Assembly (NCBI GenBank): GCA_052168235.1
Contig: JBQLZK010000026.1
Span: 1 to 64,000 of the forward strand
DNA: 64,000 nucleotides
DNA from: Thainema sp.
Lineage (GTDB): Bacteria; Cyanobacteriota; Cyanobacteriia; Phormidesmidales; Phormidesmidaceae
Direction: 5' to 3'
The position numbers and the translations under genes were made by a program. Below, piece by piece: positions 51,082-61,803 of the stretch. Under the pieces are notes generated by a model. It ran no database searches and was not told where the DNA came from. It saw nothing but the letters and a program-made list of their open reading frames with translations. The stretch's first letter is position 1; every line of letters starts with the position of its first letter.

Positions 51082-52252
51082 TCTGCTGCGTCTGACGTTT
51101 CATGCCTTGCGTGGCAATCCTGTTCGCTCAACCTTGTCGATGGTAGGAGTCTTCATGGGCGTCGCTGCTGTCAGCGCCACGCTGCAAGTGGGCAGCATCA
51201 GCCGCGCTGTCATTCAGCAGGAACTGCAAAAGCGAGATGCGCCCAGCGTCATTGTCTATCCGCGTTGGGAACCCGGCAAAACGTATCGTCGATTTACAAC
51301 CGATGATTTGACATTCTTACAGCAGCGTTTAGGACAATCTGACTCGGTGAGCGCCCTATCCTATGCTGGGGCTAGCTCAATGCTTTTTCAGGATCAGGAG
51401 TCAAATCCGTTTGTGCTGGCGGTGACGCAAAACTTTTTAGACAATACCGGGCGCAGATTGCTGTCAGGGCGGCTGTTTACCCCAGCCGACTTTAATAACT
51501 ACCGTTCGGTATTGGTAATTGATAGCTTCCTAGCCGATAGCTTATTTGGCCAAACCGATGCTGATCCGGTTGGTCAGCGAGTGTACGTCGATCAGCGGCC
51601 TTATGTAGTCATTGGTGTGGTAGAAGCCAAAATTGACGAAGAAGATGAAGCACCCCAAGGCGAAGCCTACATTCCCATGTCGCTGCACCATGCATTACAG
51701 GGCGATCGCAATCTCAACAATATGCAAATTCATGCTGAAAATTTGGACATCATTAAACCCTTAGAAGAACAGGCGCAAGCGCTGCTAACCCAGCGATCGC
51801 CAGAGCAGAAATATTGGACGTGGAACAACGTCGAGGATATCCGAGAACAGCAGCGCGTTCTGACCCTAGCTTCTCGCTCGCTCGCTGCCGTGGGCATGGT
51901 GACGCTGCTCGTCGGTGGTGTGGGCATTGCCAACATTATGATTGCCTCCGTAACCGAGCGTACCGCCGAAATTGGCCTGCGTCGCGCCATTGGGGCCACT
52001 CAGCGAGACGTGATGCTGCAATTCATCCTGGAATCTGTAGTGATCAGCGTCGTGGGAGGGGTAGTTGCGATCGCAACCGTCCACGGTCTAACCCGCATCG
52101 TCGCCACCACGTTTAACTTGCCCTATCAGTTTGAGCAGCGCACCATCATTATTTCTCTGGGTTCTGCCCTAGTCGTTGGCGTTGGTGCCAGCTTTGTACC
52201 AGCCTTACAAGCTAGTCGGCTTGATCCAGTCGAGGCCCTTAGATCCGACTGA
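51062..52252 (+). CDS. MacB/FtsX-type ABC permease
   Basis: RSTLSMVGV..GV, VGGVGIANIM..SVTERT.EIGLRRAIGA, P...ASRLDPVEALR. Confidence 0.92.
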   Translation: MSLSSTDLLRLTFHALRGNPVRSTLSMVGVFMGVAAVSATLQVGSISRAVIQQELQKRDAPSVIVYPRWEPGKTYRRFTTDDLTFLQQRLGQSDSVSALSYAGASSMLFQDQESNPFVLAVTQNFLDNTGRRLLSGRLFTPADFNNYRSVLVIDSFLADSLFGQTDADPVGQRVYVDQRPYVVIGVVEAKIDEEDEAPQGEAYIPMSLHHALQGDRNLNNMQIHAENLDIIKPLEEQAQALLTQRSPEQKYWTWNNVEDIREQQRVLTLASRSLAAVGMVTLLVGGVGIANIMIASVTERTAEIGLRRAIGATQRDVMLQFILESVVISVVGGVVAIATVHGLTRIVATTFNLPYQFEQRTIIISLGSALVVGVGASFVPALQASRLDPVEALRSD

Positions 52253-52336
52253 TGAACTGATCAAACCCCCAACTGGATTATCTTGCCGACATTACAGCGA
52301 TATCTGTTGAGTTGTTGTGCAAAATGTGAGCAAAAC

Positions 52337-52585
52337 CTACTGGCACGAATCGTGCTGATCGACCGATGGCGGCAGCGGTACCGGATCGTAGCCGCCAGGA
52401 TGAAAGGGATGACACTTAGTAATGCGACGAACGGCTAGCCAGCTACCTTTAATCACACCAAAGCGATCAATGGCTTCGAGCGCGTACTGCGAACAGGTAG
52501 GCTGAAATCGGCAAACCGGCGGAAAGAGTGGCGAAATCAGCCGACGGTAGCCGCGAATCAGCAATAGGAAAAGCTGCTTGATCAT
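52337..52585 (-). CDS. yidD: Membrane protein insertion efficiency factor YidD
   Basis: [19 protein letters not shown]...[14 protein letters not shown]. Confidence 0.95.
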   Translation of the reverse strand: MIKQLFLLLIRGYRRLISPLFPPVCRFQPTCSQYALEAIDRFGVIKGSWLAVRRITKCHPFHPGGYDPVPLPPSVDQHDSCQ

Positions 52586-52625
52586 ATATGAGTACCCAAG
52601 AAGTACCGATAGGAGTCCTCAAATT

Positions 52626-54137
52626 CTACGGTAGCCAAAATTGGGGCAAAAGCGCATTGCCAAAATCCCGAACCGTGCGATTGAGCGATCGCGCCAGTTG
52701 AATATGCGGTTCATCGGCCTGAACAGGCAAGATAGGGGCGGCTTGTCCCTGTCCCAAATGACTGATAACCAGATTCGCTGCTTCTAATCCGGTTACGTAA
52801 GCTTTTTCCTGTGACCAAGAACCATGCCGATTCACAATCCAGTCGCCACTCATAAACAAGTTATCGAAGCTAGTTTGAGCAGGTAGCAAATAGCGATAGC
52901 TACCCGGAGCAAAGTGGCTGACGGCTTGCGGCAGGCGAATCACGCTGTAATCGACGACATTCGCTTCACGGAAATCCGGCACACAAGCAGCTAGGTCTCG
53001 CTGAACCAGGGGAATGATTTCCTCATCGTCTAGCCCTAAAAACTGATTGGCGTGATAAAAATCGACTTCAACAACGCTGCCAGGGGCGTGACGATACTGA
53101 TCGTGCAGGGCATTGAGATCGAAAAACGTCCAGCCTGTGGTGGGATGGAAGCCGAAACAGGCGTTTGATGGCTTAGGAATATCAATCTTGCGGTCAAACC
53201 AGAGGCGCGTCGCCAGGACATCAATTGCGCCCAAATTACTCAAGTTGCGGAACTCGGGTCGAGTTCGCAGCGTTGGGCTGCCAGCCACAATTTTTTTCAT
53301 GCCCGTAATGCCGACAGCAAAGATGACGGCATCGGCTTCAAACTGTTTATCGCCACAGACAACGCCAGTAATGCGATCGCAATTTTCCTTGTCTACCAAA
53401 ACATCGCTGACGCGCTGGTGGGGCAGAATCTGACCGCCCAGTTGCTCAATTTCCTTCACCCAAGGCCGGAAAATCTGCTCACCAACTGTACCGCGACACC
53501 ACATCACGTCGAAATCCGGCTGATGAGCCAGGATGAAGAAGTAGAGCATCCCGAGGGCGGCAGCAGCGGAACACTGTTCTCCGGGCGCAAAAAGGCCGAC
53601 CAGCAGCATCGGTTCAAATGACTCGCGATAGAGCCGTTCGGAAACGCCAAACTGTTTGAAGAGTTCCCGTGCGGTTACGCGATCGTAGCGCTGCCAAGCC
53701 TCGTCGGAGTTGTCGAAGTCAATCACGGCATAGAGCAAGGGCAGAGCTGACAAACGATCAACCAGCGGCAAGCGCTTGAATTGGGTGTAGAGAAACGTGC
53801 CTAGCGGACTCGGCAAAGGCGGCTGATGCTGAAAAATGGGCGATTCAACTTCCAGACCAGCGGGTGAATATTGAGCCGATTGGGTAAACGGCGTAAACGG
53901 CTGAAGCGCCAGTTCGTCAACCAGCGAAAAAATGTTGTAGTAGGGATACCAAAAGCCATGAATCCCAGCTTCGACTGACTTACCCTGATTCGTTTCCCAG
54001 CCTGCCACTAATCCGCCTGGATGGGCACCCGCTTCTAAAAGCGTGACCTCGTATCCCTGTTTAGCTAAATGATAGGTTGCGCCGAGCCCAGCCCAACCTG
54101 CACCGACGACTACAACTCGCTTGCCCGTTTCTGACAT
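52626..54137 (-). CDS. FAD-dependent oxidoreductase (amine oxidase / carotene desaturase-like)
   Basis: VVVGAGWAGL...EA..PGG, EAGIHGFW, GDW..SQEKA..TGL.AAN. Confidence 0.88.
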   Translation of the reverse strand: MSETGKRVVVVGAGWAGLGATYHLAKQGYEVTLLEAGAHPGGLVAGWETNQGKSVEAGIHGFWYPYYNIFSLVDELALQPFTPFTQSAQYSPAGLEVESPIFQHQPPLPSPLGTFLYTQFKRLPLVDRLSALPLLYAVIDFDNSDEAWQRYDRVTARELFKQFGVSERLYRESFEPMLLVGLFAPGEQCSAAAALGMLYFFILAHQPDFDVMWCRGTVGEQIFRPWVKEIEQLGGQILPHQRVSDVLVDKENCDRITGVVCGDKQFEADAVIFAVGITGMKKIVAGSPTLRTRPEFRNLSNLGAIDVLATRLWFDRKIDIPKPSNACFGFHPTTGWTFFDLNALHDQYRHAPGSVVEVDFYHANQFLGLDDEEIIPLVQRDLAACVPDFREANVVDYSVIRLPQAVSHFAPGSYRYLLPAQTSFDNLFMSGDWIVNRHGSWSQEKAYVTGLEAANLVISHLGQGQAAPILPVQADEPHIQLARSLNRTVRDFGNALLPQFWLP

Positions 54138-54276
54138 GATGATTTGACGGTTGACAACTTGCCTAATGACAGGCCGATAGGACTCAGCCTGGCATGACTA
54201 CAGGCTAATGCTACGGCAATCCGGTTGATCTTGCGGCTTGGATCTTGAGTTGATGAGATTTACGCCAAGTTTGCTG

Positions 54277-55443
54277 CTAGAGAATGCCCGCAAAATGGAG
54301 CGGCCCATGACCTGTGATCAGCTCAACTAGTAGGGCAATAAAGCCAATCATGGCTAGGCGACCATTCCAGCGCTCGGCGGTGGTGGTCAAGCCCCACTCC
54401 CAGCGCTCTTGGGGATATATTTTGGTGTCTTTACCGGGATGCACAACATCTTCAAACCGCTGTTGGGGAGAGCGCAGGGCTTCCTCGACCATGTCGGCCA
54501 TGTCGTTAATAAAGATGGGGTGAGTATTGAGGGCTGGAACTCGCCGGAAGTTCTCAATACCAGCTTCTTCGGCGATTTCGCGGTATTCAATGTCGATTTC
54601 TTGCAGCGTTTCAATGTGCTCAGAGACGAAGCTGATGGGAACGACAACCATGTCGCGCACGCCCTGTTCTGCCAAATCTTCAATTGCATCTTCAGTGTAA
54701 GGTTGCAGCCATTCCACTGGGCCAACCCGGCTTTGATAGGCCAATGTCCAAGCGTTGGGGCGATTCAGGGTCTGCATAATCAGCTTTGAGCACTGCTCAA
54801 TTTCCGCTTGGTAGGGATCGCCGGAGTCCTCGACGTAGCTGACGGGCACACCATGAGCGCTGAAGAAGACATGGACATCATTGGGATTGGGAAACTGATC
54901 CAGTTCCTGGGCAACTAAATCGGCCATTGCCCGCAGATAACCGGGTCGATCAAACCAAGACGGAATCACCGTGTAGTTAATTCGCTGTAAAAGCGGATCT
55001 TCTAGCCAGAGCCGCTCTAGCACCCGAAAGCTGGAACCACTGGTGCTGATGGAAAACTGGGGATACAGCGGTAAGATAACTAGTTCGTCGATCCGATCGC
55101 GTTTGATGCGTGCGATCGCTTCTTCCGTAAAGGGATGCCAGTAGCGCATGCCCACGTAGACCATCACGTCCTCGTGGCCATGCTGCTGTAGCTCCTTTTG
55201 CAGCGCCTGCGCCTGTTCTTCGGTAATGCGCCGCAGCGGCGAGCCACCGCCAATTTGACGATAGTTTTCTTGAGACGTGCGAGTCCGATTGGTCGAAATG
55301 AACCAGGCCAGCGGCTTTTGTAGCCACGGAAACGGCAGCCGGATAATTTCGGGGTCTGAGAATAGATTGAACAAAAATGGACCAACATCATCCAACTGCT
55401 CTGGCCCACCTAGATTTAGCAGTAAAACCCCAACACGACTCAT
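54277..55443 (-). CDS. hemH: Ferrochelatase with C-terminal CAB/HLIP domain
   Basis: [41 protein letters not shown]; tail [13 protein letters not shown]. Confidence 0.98.
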   Translation of the reverse strand: MSRVGVLLLNLGGPEQLDDVGPFLFNLFSDPEIIRLPFPWLQKPLAWFISTNRTRTSQENYRQIGGGSPLRRITEEQAQALQKELQQHGHEDVMVYVGMRYWHPFTEEAIARIKRDRIDELVILPLYPQFSISTSGSSFRVLERLWLEDPLLQRINYTVIPSWFDRPGYLRAMADLVAQELDQFPNPNDVHVFFSAHGVPVSYVEDSGDPYQAEIEQCSKLIMQTLNRPNAWTLAYQSRVGPVEWLQPYTEDAIEDLAEQGVRDMVVVPISFVSEHIETLQEIDIEYREIAEEAGIENFRRVPALNTHPIFINDMADMVEEALRSPQQRFEDVVHPGKDTKIYPQERWEWGLTTTAERWNGRLAMIGFIALLVELITGHGPLHFAGIL

Positions 55444-55663
55444 GGCTGTTCCTGTTTTCGAGCGCTTTTAATAAACTTCACTGATCGTAACAAGATATTG
55501 CTGGCTTCGAACGTAAATTTCAACCAAAATCGTTGCAAGATCTTGATTTAAGCAAAGTCCGGCCAAGTTAAAGAATTCAATAGTAGGATGTATGATCCTA
55601 AATCCTTATTAAAGCTTATTAAACTCTAGCCGGGTTGAGAAGTGAATTTTTACCGTATGACCT

Positions 55664-56836
55664 ATGGCAGATGTTTGGCCCATTGACGAAAAAATCGAAA
55701 AGCTAAATCAGCGGCTCAAGGTGGCTCGCTTGGGTTTACAGGTAGAGCGACGCGGCCAAAAGCTGGGCCTACGAGGTACGTTTCCGCCCAAACCCGACAG
55801 CGATCGCAGACGACCTCATCAGCAGCGGTTGAGCCTGGGACTCCCGGCAACGCCTAGCGGTTTGAAAGAAATCGAGAAAGAAGCCAAAGTGATTGCGGCT
55901 CAGTTGATTCAAAACAGCTTTAGCTGGCATGACTATTTACCCGTTGCTAACGGCAAGCGACTCAGTCAGATGGATTTGACTGAGCAAATGGATGCCTTTC
56001 ACGCTCAGTTTCTCGCTGATCCAGATCGAACATCCCGCCCAGCATCCAGCCGCACTACCTGGGAAACGGCCTACGCACCGTATTTACGTCAGCTACTTGA
56101 AACCGTTCGACAGCGACCGACGCTGACGCTCGTTGAATCAATTTACGCCACAGTCAAGGCCACCCGCGCCAATTCTCGCAGTCGTCAGGTCTGCTGCACG
56201 GCGCTGGGCGCATTTGCCGAGTTTTTGAATCTAGAACTGCCCAATGATCTAAAGGACTTTTGGGGCAACTACGGCACCGGATGCACTCAGCCCCGCCGCT
56301 TGCCCACCGATGAGGACATCTTGACCAACTTCAGCAAAATTCCCAATCCGGCTTGGCAGTTTGTCTACGGTGTGATGGCAACCTACGGTTTGCGTAATCA
56401 TGAGGTGTTTTTCTGCGACTATTCCAGCTTGGTTAGTGGTGATCCAGAAGCTGCGATCGCAGTTCTGGAAACTACCAAAACGGGTGAGCATACCGTCTGG
56501 CCGTTCTATCCCGACTGGGTGGAGCAGTTTAACCTGCGCGACATTCGTCTGCCGCCCTTGAATACGGATCTGACTCAAACCACACTGCAACGGGTAGGCC
56601 AACAGGTCAGCACCCAGTTTCGCCGCTATCAAATCCCGTTTTCGCCATACGATCTCCGTCACGCCTGGGCCGTGCGCACCATCCACATGGGCTTACCCGA
56701 TACCGTCGCCGCCCGCATGATGGGGCACTCCGTAGCCATTCACAACCGCACCTACCACCGCTGGATGACCCACCGCGATCAGCAAAAAGCAGTCAGAGCA
56801 GTGCTAGATTCAAGATCTGCCCACTTTTCTCCTTAA
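55664..56836 (+). CDS. Tyrosine recombinase / site-specific integrase (XisA/XisC-like)
   Basis: Catalytic motifs YGLRNHE, YDLRHAW, MGHS, TYHRW; N-terminal arm-binding-like LRGTFPPKP. Confidence 0.88.
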   Translation: MADVWPIDEKIEKLNQRLKVARLGLQVERRGQKLGLRGTFPPKPDSDRRRPHQQRLSLGLPATPSGLKEIEKEAKVIAAQLIQNSFSWHDYLPVANGKRLSQMDLTEQMDAFHAQFLADPDRTSRPASSRTTWETAYAPYLRQLLETVRQRPTLTLVESIYATVKATRANSRSRQVCCTALGAFAEFLNLELPNDLKDFWGNYGTGCTQPRRLPTDEDILTNFSKIPNPAWQFVYGVMATYGLRNHEVFFCDYSSLVSGDPEAAIAVLETTKTGEHTVWPFYPDWVEQFNLRDIRLPPLNTDLTQTTLQRVGQQVSTQFRRYQIPFSPYDLRHAWAVRTIHMGLPDTVAARMMGHSVAIHNRTYHRWMTHRDQQKAVRAVLDSRSAHFSP

Positions 56837-57122
56837 CTTAGATGGCAAAAGTGCGATCGCAACAGCATCTACTATCCATCAACCATTAACTATTAACTCT
56901 CAACCTCTACTAATCACCCTCCACTACAACCCTAACCCTGCCGCATTGCCCCCAAACGATCCAAACAAGTGACAGCAAACACGGCAAGTGCTAGAGGGAT
57001 GCATCACCATAAACTCAGATTGAACGAAATTAAGGTTTCTAATCCTGTTTCATACGGTGTTGAGTTGTTTATTGTTGATGCCCCTTTTAATGCCCCTTTA
57101 AAGAGTGCGCTTGTTCAAACCT

Positions 57123-58757
57123 ATGACTTTTCTTCGTTCTGCCTGGCACGGCTTGATTAGACTGTTGACCTACCGGACAGTCACGCTGCTGACACTCCTC
57201 TTCATGGCGGTCGTCATCGCGACCCTATGGAATATGTCATGGCTTTCTAACGATCTGGTTCAGACTCAGGCACTGCAAAACGCAGTGCTTTCGGCTAAGG
57301 CAATGCGAGAAGCGCGTACGGTGTATAGCTCAGAAGCCGTTGCCAGAGTTCCAGACGATGACGTGCAGATCACTCACGACTACTTATCTCAGGAGGGTGC
57401 GATTCCCCTGCCTGCCACGTTCTTGCTAGAACTAAGCCGCCGCCTTCGAGAAGACAACCCGGAAATGTCAATCCGAGTTTATAGTGACTATCCGTTTCCT
57501 TGGCATCAGAAGGATGGTGGGCCACAGGATGAGTTCGAGGAGAAGGCCCTCCAGGAACTGCGCCAAAATCCCGCTCAACCCTACATCAGTGTTGAAGACT
57601 TTCAGGGACGGCAATCGCTGCGCTATGCCGAGGCCGACATCATGATGCCGAGTTGCGTCACCTGTCACAATACTTACCCTGGCAGCCCTAAAACTGATTG
57701 GGTCGTTGGCGATGTGCGTGGTATTTTAGAGATTACTCAACCGCTGGATGCCTTTCAGGCCCGGATTCGGCAGGGATTGAAAGGTACGTTCCTGATGTTA
57801 GGAGGACTGTCTGTTATTGGGATTTCCGGACTGACGGCAGCCATTCGCGGGTTGCAACAGCGATCGCAGGAGCTAGCGATAGCCAGAGATCAGCTAGAAG
57901 CGGTAATTGATGCGGTGCCTGGCCCAATTTCCTGGATAGGTTCCAACGGAGTTTACCTGGGCGTGAATCGTAAACTAGCCGATGACTGGCAGATTTCCCA
58001 GGAGGCTTTTATTGGCAAAGAGGTGGGATTTTTACGCGGTAGTGATCAGCTTTCCATCTTTTTACAGCAATTTTTGGTTAGCTCCGACACGTCAGCTTCT
58101 CAGGTGATTGATGTCAGTATCAACGGCGAAGAACGAGCCTATTTGTTTGCAGCACAGAAGTATCAAAACGGTGAAGCAATTGTTTCAGTTGGCATCGACG
58201 TAACGGAACGAAAGCGCGCTGAGAAAGCGCTGCGAATTGCCGAAGAAAACTATCGCAGTATTTATGAAAATGCTCTAGAAGGTATTTTTCAGTCTAATCT
58301 CGAAGGCCGCTTTATCAGCGTCAATCCAGCAATGGCGCGGCTGTATGGCTACAGTTCACCGGACGATATGGTCAACAGCATCACCAGCATTGCGGAGCAG
58401 ATTTATGTTGAATCGGAATGTCGCGATACGTTTACGCACTTGTTGGTGAATCGGGGTGAGGTGAAGGGGTTTGAATATCGCAGCTATCGCAAAGACGGCA
58501 GCATTATGTGGGTAGAAGAAAATACCCGCGCGGTACGAGACGATAAGGGTAAGCTGCTCTACTTTGAGGGAATTGTGCAGGATATTAGCGATCGCAAATT
58601 GCGCGAAGCGGATTTAAAGCGTCAGTTGCAAGAGTTACAGATCGAAATTGATGAGAAAAAGAAAGCCCAAGATGTAGCTAAGATCACGGAAAGTAGCTAC
58701 TTTCAAGACCTGCAAAATGAAATTGCCCGCATTAATCTCGATGAGTTTTGGGATTAG
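57123..58757 (+). CDS. Membrane sensor: c-heme (Tll0287/DUF3365-like) domain + 2 PAS, no recognisable output domain
   Basis: TM, PLPAT...YSDYPFP...CVTCH...WVVGDVRGILEI, TM, two PAS/PAC domains, short helical tail. Confidence 0.8.
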   Translation: MTFLRSAWHGLIRLLTYRTVTLLTLLFMAVVIATLWNMSWLSNDLVQTQALQNAVLSAKAMREARTVYSSEAVARVPDDDVQITHDYLSQEGAIPLPATFLLELSRRLREDNPEMSIRVYSDYPFPWHQKDGGPQDEFEEKALQELRQNPAQPYISVEDFQGRQSLRYAEADIMMPSCVTCHNTYPGSPKTDWVVGDVRGILEITQPLDAFQARIRQGLKGTFLMLGGLSVIGISGLTAAIRGLQQRSQELAIARDQLEAVIDAVPGPISWIGSNGVYLGVNRKLADDWQISQEAFIGKEVGFLRGSDQLSIFLQQFLVSSDTSASQVIDVSINGEERAYLFAAQKYQNGEAIVSVGIDVTERKRAEKALRIAEENYRSIYENALEGIFQSNLEGRFISVNPAMARLYGYSSPDDMVNSITSIAEQIYVESECRDTFTHLLVNRGEVKGFEYRSYRKDGSIMWVEENTRAVRDDKGKLLYFEGIVQDISDRKLREADLKRQLQELQIEIDEKKKAQDVAKITESSYFQDLQNEIARINLDEFWD

Positions 58758-58789
58758 ACCTGATTCGTTATTCTTAAACCTGAGAGATG

Positions 58790-58838
58790 AGAGAGGGGGA
58801 TTGAGCTGCCGCGTCGCGGTAGCTCAATCCCCCTCTCT
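58790..58838. terminator. Long hairpin between convergent genes
   Basis: AGAGAGGGGGATTGAGCTGCCGCG-T-CGCGGTAGCTCAATCCCCCTCTCT (24 bp, 1 G.T). Confidence 0.7.
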
Positions 58839-58868
58839 TAGGTTTTGGTGCAATATTTGAAAAAAATG

Positions 58869-60059
58869 CTAACGCACGTCAATCTGCGATAGAGCCGTAT
58901 TGGTGTAGTAGTGCGTCAAAATTTGGTCATAGGTGTAGCCCTGTTGCGCCATATTATGTGCGCCCCACTGACTCATGCCCAGACCATGCCCAAAGCCACC
59001 ACCCTCAAAACGGAAGACACTGGGACTCGGGACACCATCAGCGCTGGCAACCTGACCAATTTCGGGCGAGATTGAGAACAACAGCGTGCTGCGTAAACCC
59101 AATGCCGTTCGCAATTCATTGCCGCGCAGGCTCTTCTCGCCTGCATCCCCTACGACTCGGACTGACCGAACGCGGCCTGTGGGAGTCGTGGATTCGACCA
59201 CAAATGAGAGGACATTGCCGACACCAGAAATTCGGTTGCTGACTTCACTAGCTGAGAGTTCTGCAACCCAGCGGTAAACGGGTGCGCCTTCATCGAAATC
59301 GGGTACGCCTCGCAGATAAGGCAGCGGTTGCGACCAAACATTTTCCACGTTTTCGGTGTGACCGCCAGACGACGAGTGGAAGACCGCTTCGATGATTTGA
59401 CCGTTGTGAGTCAGCACTTGACCAGCCGTGGCATTAACCGCGCTGATTGTGCCGGGAGCCTCGTCGATTAAGCCTTTGTAAACCTGCCAGGTCGGGGTAT
59501 CTCCGACGTCATATACAGGCGTGGCAGATTTTTGGCGACGATACAGCGCATAGGAGCGAGCCGCCACCGCTTGAGCTTTGAGGGCTTCTTGCGGCCAACT
59601 GCCGCTCATTTCGCCACCCAGAACGCTATAGAGATAGTGTTCTAGATCAACGTAATTGACAGCCGTTAAACCACCCGAGGTTTTAACTAGAAGTGTGCGG
59701 CCCCGATACCAGCGATCGCTGATATAAACAAAGCCGCCTTCGCTGGGTTCAATCCAAATTTGGTCATCGAACCACTGATCGACTTCAACCCCAGAGGATT
59801 CAGCTTCGGCAGTGAATGAACCCATTGCGGGCAGCTGACCGAGGACTTGACCATCGCTATCTCGCACAACAGCAGTGGTGTTGCTGCCAACGGTGACTGT
59901 ACCAACGTTTTCTTCAATTGCCACTCGCATTTCGAGAGCAGCAGCTGGTGCCATTAAAAATAGCCACCACATAAAAAGGCTTCCCCACCAGCGAGGCTGG
60001 GGAAGCCGAGTAATTGCCGTAAATAAAAGACGAACTGGGGTAGTTTGTGTGTGTGTCAT
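58869..60059 (-). CDS. SpoIID/LytB lytic transglycosylase family protein
   Basis: LE.YL.SV..GEM..WP.EALKAQAVAARSY, QVYKG, FHSSSGGHTE, GHGLGMSQWGA. Confidence 0.94.
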   Translation of the reverse strand: MTHTQTTPVRLLFTAITRLPQPRWWGSLFMWWLFLMAPAAALEMRVAIEENVGTVTVGSNTTAVVRDSDGQVLGQLPAMGSFTAEAESSGVEVDQWFDDQIWIEPSEGGFVYISDRWYRGRTLLVKTSGGLTAVNYVDLEHYLYSVLGGEMSGSWPQEALKAQAVAARSYALYRRQKSATPVYDVGDTPTWQVYKGLIDEAPGTISAVNATAGQVLTHNGQIIEAVFHSSSGGHTENVENVWSQPLPYLRGVPDFDEGAPVYRWVAELSASEVSNRISGVGNVLSFVVESTTPTGRVRSVRVVGDAGEKSLRGNELRTALGLRSTLLFSISPEIGQVASADGVPSPSVFRFEGGGFGHGLGMSQWGAHNMAQQGYTYDQILTHYYTNTALSQIDVR

Positions 60060-60738
60060 AAGGAGAAACGAACCTCACACCATTGCGGTTTGGACAAATA
60101 TCAAATGGGTCAGCGCAGATAGAAGGGACTGACCAACATCGCGATCAACTTCTATTCTTTGACGCCAGTTTCAATCTGAATTTCCTGATGGTTGGGACTG
60201 CTAATTTAAGTTAAAACTGCGGCTGGTAGATTGAATTTCAGCCAAATCCAAAGCAAATTGGATCAAGGTTAGCATTGGCTTGATCCCGGACAAAACCGTA
60301 TTGTCGAAAAAGAATGTACGAAAAAGTTGCCAATCGTCAGAAATTACACGATTTGAGATCGCACCTCATATCCTCAATTCCCCGATAGAAGAACTACACA
60401 GATACCATCGGAGCCAGCTAATGTTCAAAGACTACGGACAAACTAAGAAAGTTTCTGATTCACGATTCAATAATTTTTCATAACAAAACTCTACATTTAG
60501 CGCTAGATCGATTCTCTTCCCGCTGAATGTAGCCGTTCCCACCCAATTTCCACGTTGACTCAACCGCTATAATCCCCAACCAGCCAGTTGAAAAGACACT
60601 TATTAAACTGTCCCCCTCGCACTAGTTCTCCTGCTCCCCATCTCCCCACCCACCCATCTACTCATCCACCCTCCTCCCATCGCCATCCAAGGCCCCTCTT
60701 GTCATAATGGTGAAAGTGAGTATTCAACCCAAATTATT

Positions 60739-61695
60739 TTGCAGCTGACATTTTTAGGAACCAGTTCGGGTGTGCCAACGCGATCGCGCAATGTGTCGAG
60801 TGTGGCCTTGCGTCTACCACAGCGGGCGGAAGTTTGGCTGTTTGACTGTGGCGAAGGCACGCAGCATCAACTGTTGCGCAGCGACCTGAAGGCTGGACAA
60901 ATTCGCCGCATTTTTATCACCCACATGCACGGCGACCATATTTTTGGTCTGATGGGACTGCTGGCCTCCTGCGGTTTGGCGGGTAGTCCACAGCAACAAA
61001 TCGATGTATATGGGCCACCTGACTTAAGGGATTATCTCAAAGCCTGTCGGCGCTATTCGCAGACTCGCTTTGCCTATCCGTTCAAGGTGCATACTATCTC
61101 ACCTGGTTTGGTCTACGAAGACGATGAGTTTAGCGTATTCTGCGATCTGCTAGAGCATCGAGTCCCAGCTCACGGCTATCGGGTGGTGGAGAAAGACCGA
61201 CCGGGTCGATTTGACGTGGAACGAGCTAAAGCGCTGGGAATTCCGCCTGGCCCGATCTATGGTCGGCTCAAGCAGGGGGAGGTGGTTACGCTGCCAGATG
61301 GTCGGCGGATTAATGGTGCTGATTTATGTGGCCCGATTGAGGTGGGGCGCAAATTGGTCTACTGCACCGACACGATTTATTGCGATCGCGCTGTAGACCT
61401 CGCTCAAAATGCTGACGTGCTGATTCACGAAGCAACGTTTTCCCACCAGGACGCGGATATGGCCTATCAGCGGCTGCATTCAACTTCGACAATGGCCGCT
61501 CAAGTTGCCCTGGCTGCACAGAGCAAGCAGTTGATTTTGACCCACTTCAGTCCCCGCTATGCACCCGGCAACCCCATTGGTCTAGAGGATTTGCTGGCGG
61601 AAGCGCAGGCCATTTTCCCAAATACGGTTCTAGCGAAGGATTTCTTGACCTATGACATTCCGCGTCGAGAAGCCGCTCAACTCGTTTCCAGATAA
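60739..61695 (+). CDS. rnz: Ribonuclease Z
   Basis: [23 protein letters not shown], exosite GIPPGP, HEAT, HST, THFSPRY; TTG start. Confidence 0.96.
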   Translation: MQLTFLGTSSGVPTRSRNVSSVALRLPQRAEVWLFDCGEGTQHQLLRSDLKAGQIRRIFITHMHGDHIFGLMGLLASCGLAGSPQQQIDVYGPPDLRDYLKACRRYSQTRFAYPFKVHTISPGLVYEDDEFSVFCDLLEHRVPAHGYRVVEKDRPGRFDVERAKALGIPPGPIYGRLKQGEVVTLPDGRRINGADLCGPIEVGRKLVYCTDTIYCDRAVDLAQNADVLIHEATFSHQDADMAYQRLHSTSTMAAQVALAAQSKQLILTHFSPRYAPGNPIGLEDLLAEAQAIFPNTVLAKDFLTYDIPRREAAQLVSR

Positions 61696-61748
61696 GCGGT
61701 GGCCATGTTGATTAGGACGTGGAATAACCGCTCCTAGCTGAATTAATC

Positions 61749-61797
61749 GAAAAAGCAGTAGCGCCGATCAGACACTGATCGGCGCTACTGCTTTTTC
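61749..61797. terminator. Bidirectional intrinsic terminator
   Basis: GAAAAAGCAGTAGCGCCGATCAG-ACA-CTGATCGGCGCTACTGCTTTTTC, perfect 23-bp stem. Confidence 0.85.
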
Positions 61798-61803
61798 TGG
61801 AGT

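Noticed and set aside
55444..58757. Prophage or integrative element around the integrase
   Set aside because: No phage or conjugation genes, att repeats or compositional shift; neighbours are host-like
60060..60738. Long spoIID/rnz divergent spacer as a possible hidden gene
   Set aside because: Only a weak 67-aa TTG ORF and STRR-like repeats; no convincing structure seen
61696..61800. Possible tmRNA or tRNA after rnz
   Set aside because: No tRNA-like 5' end or T-arm (GTTCRA) motif; only a terminator hairpin
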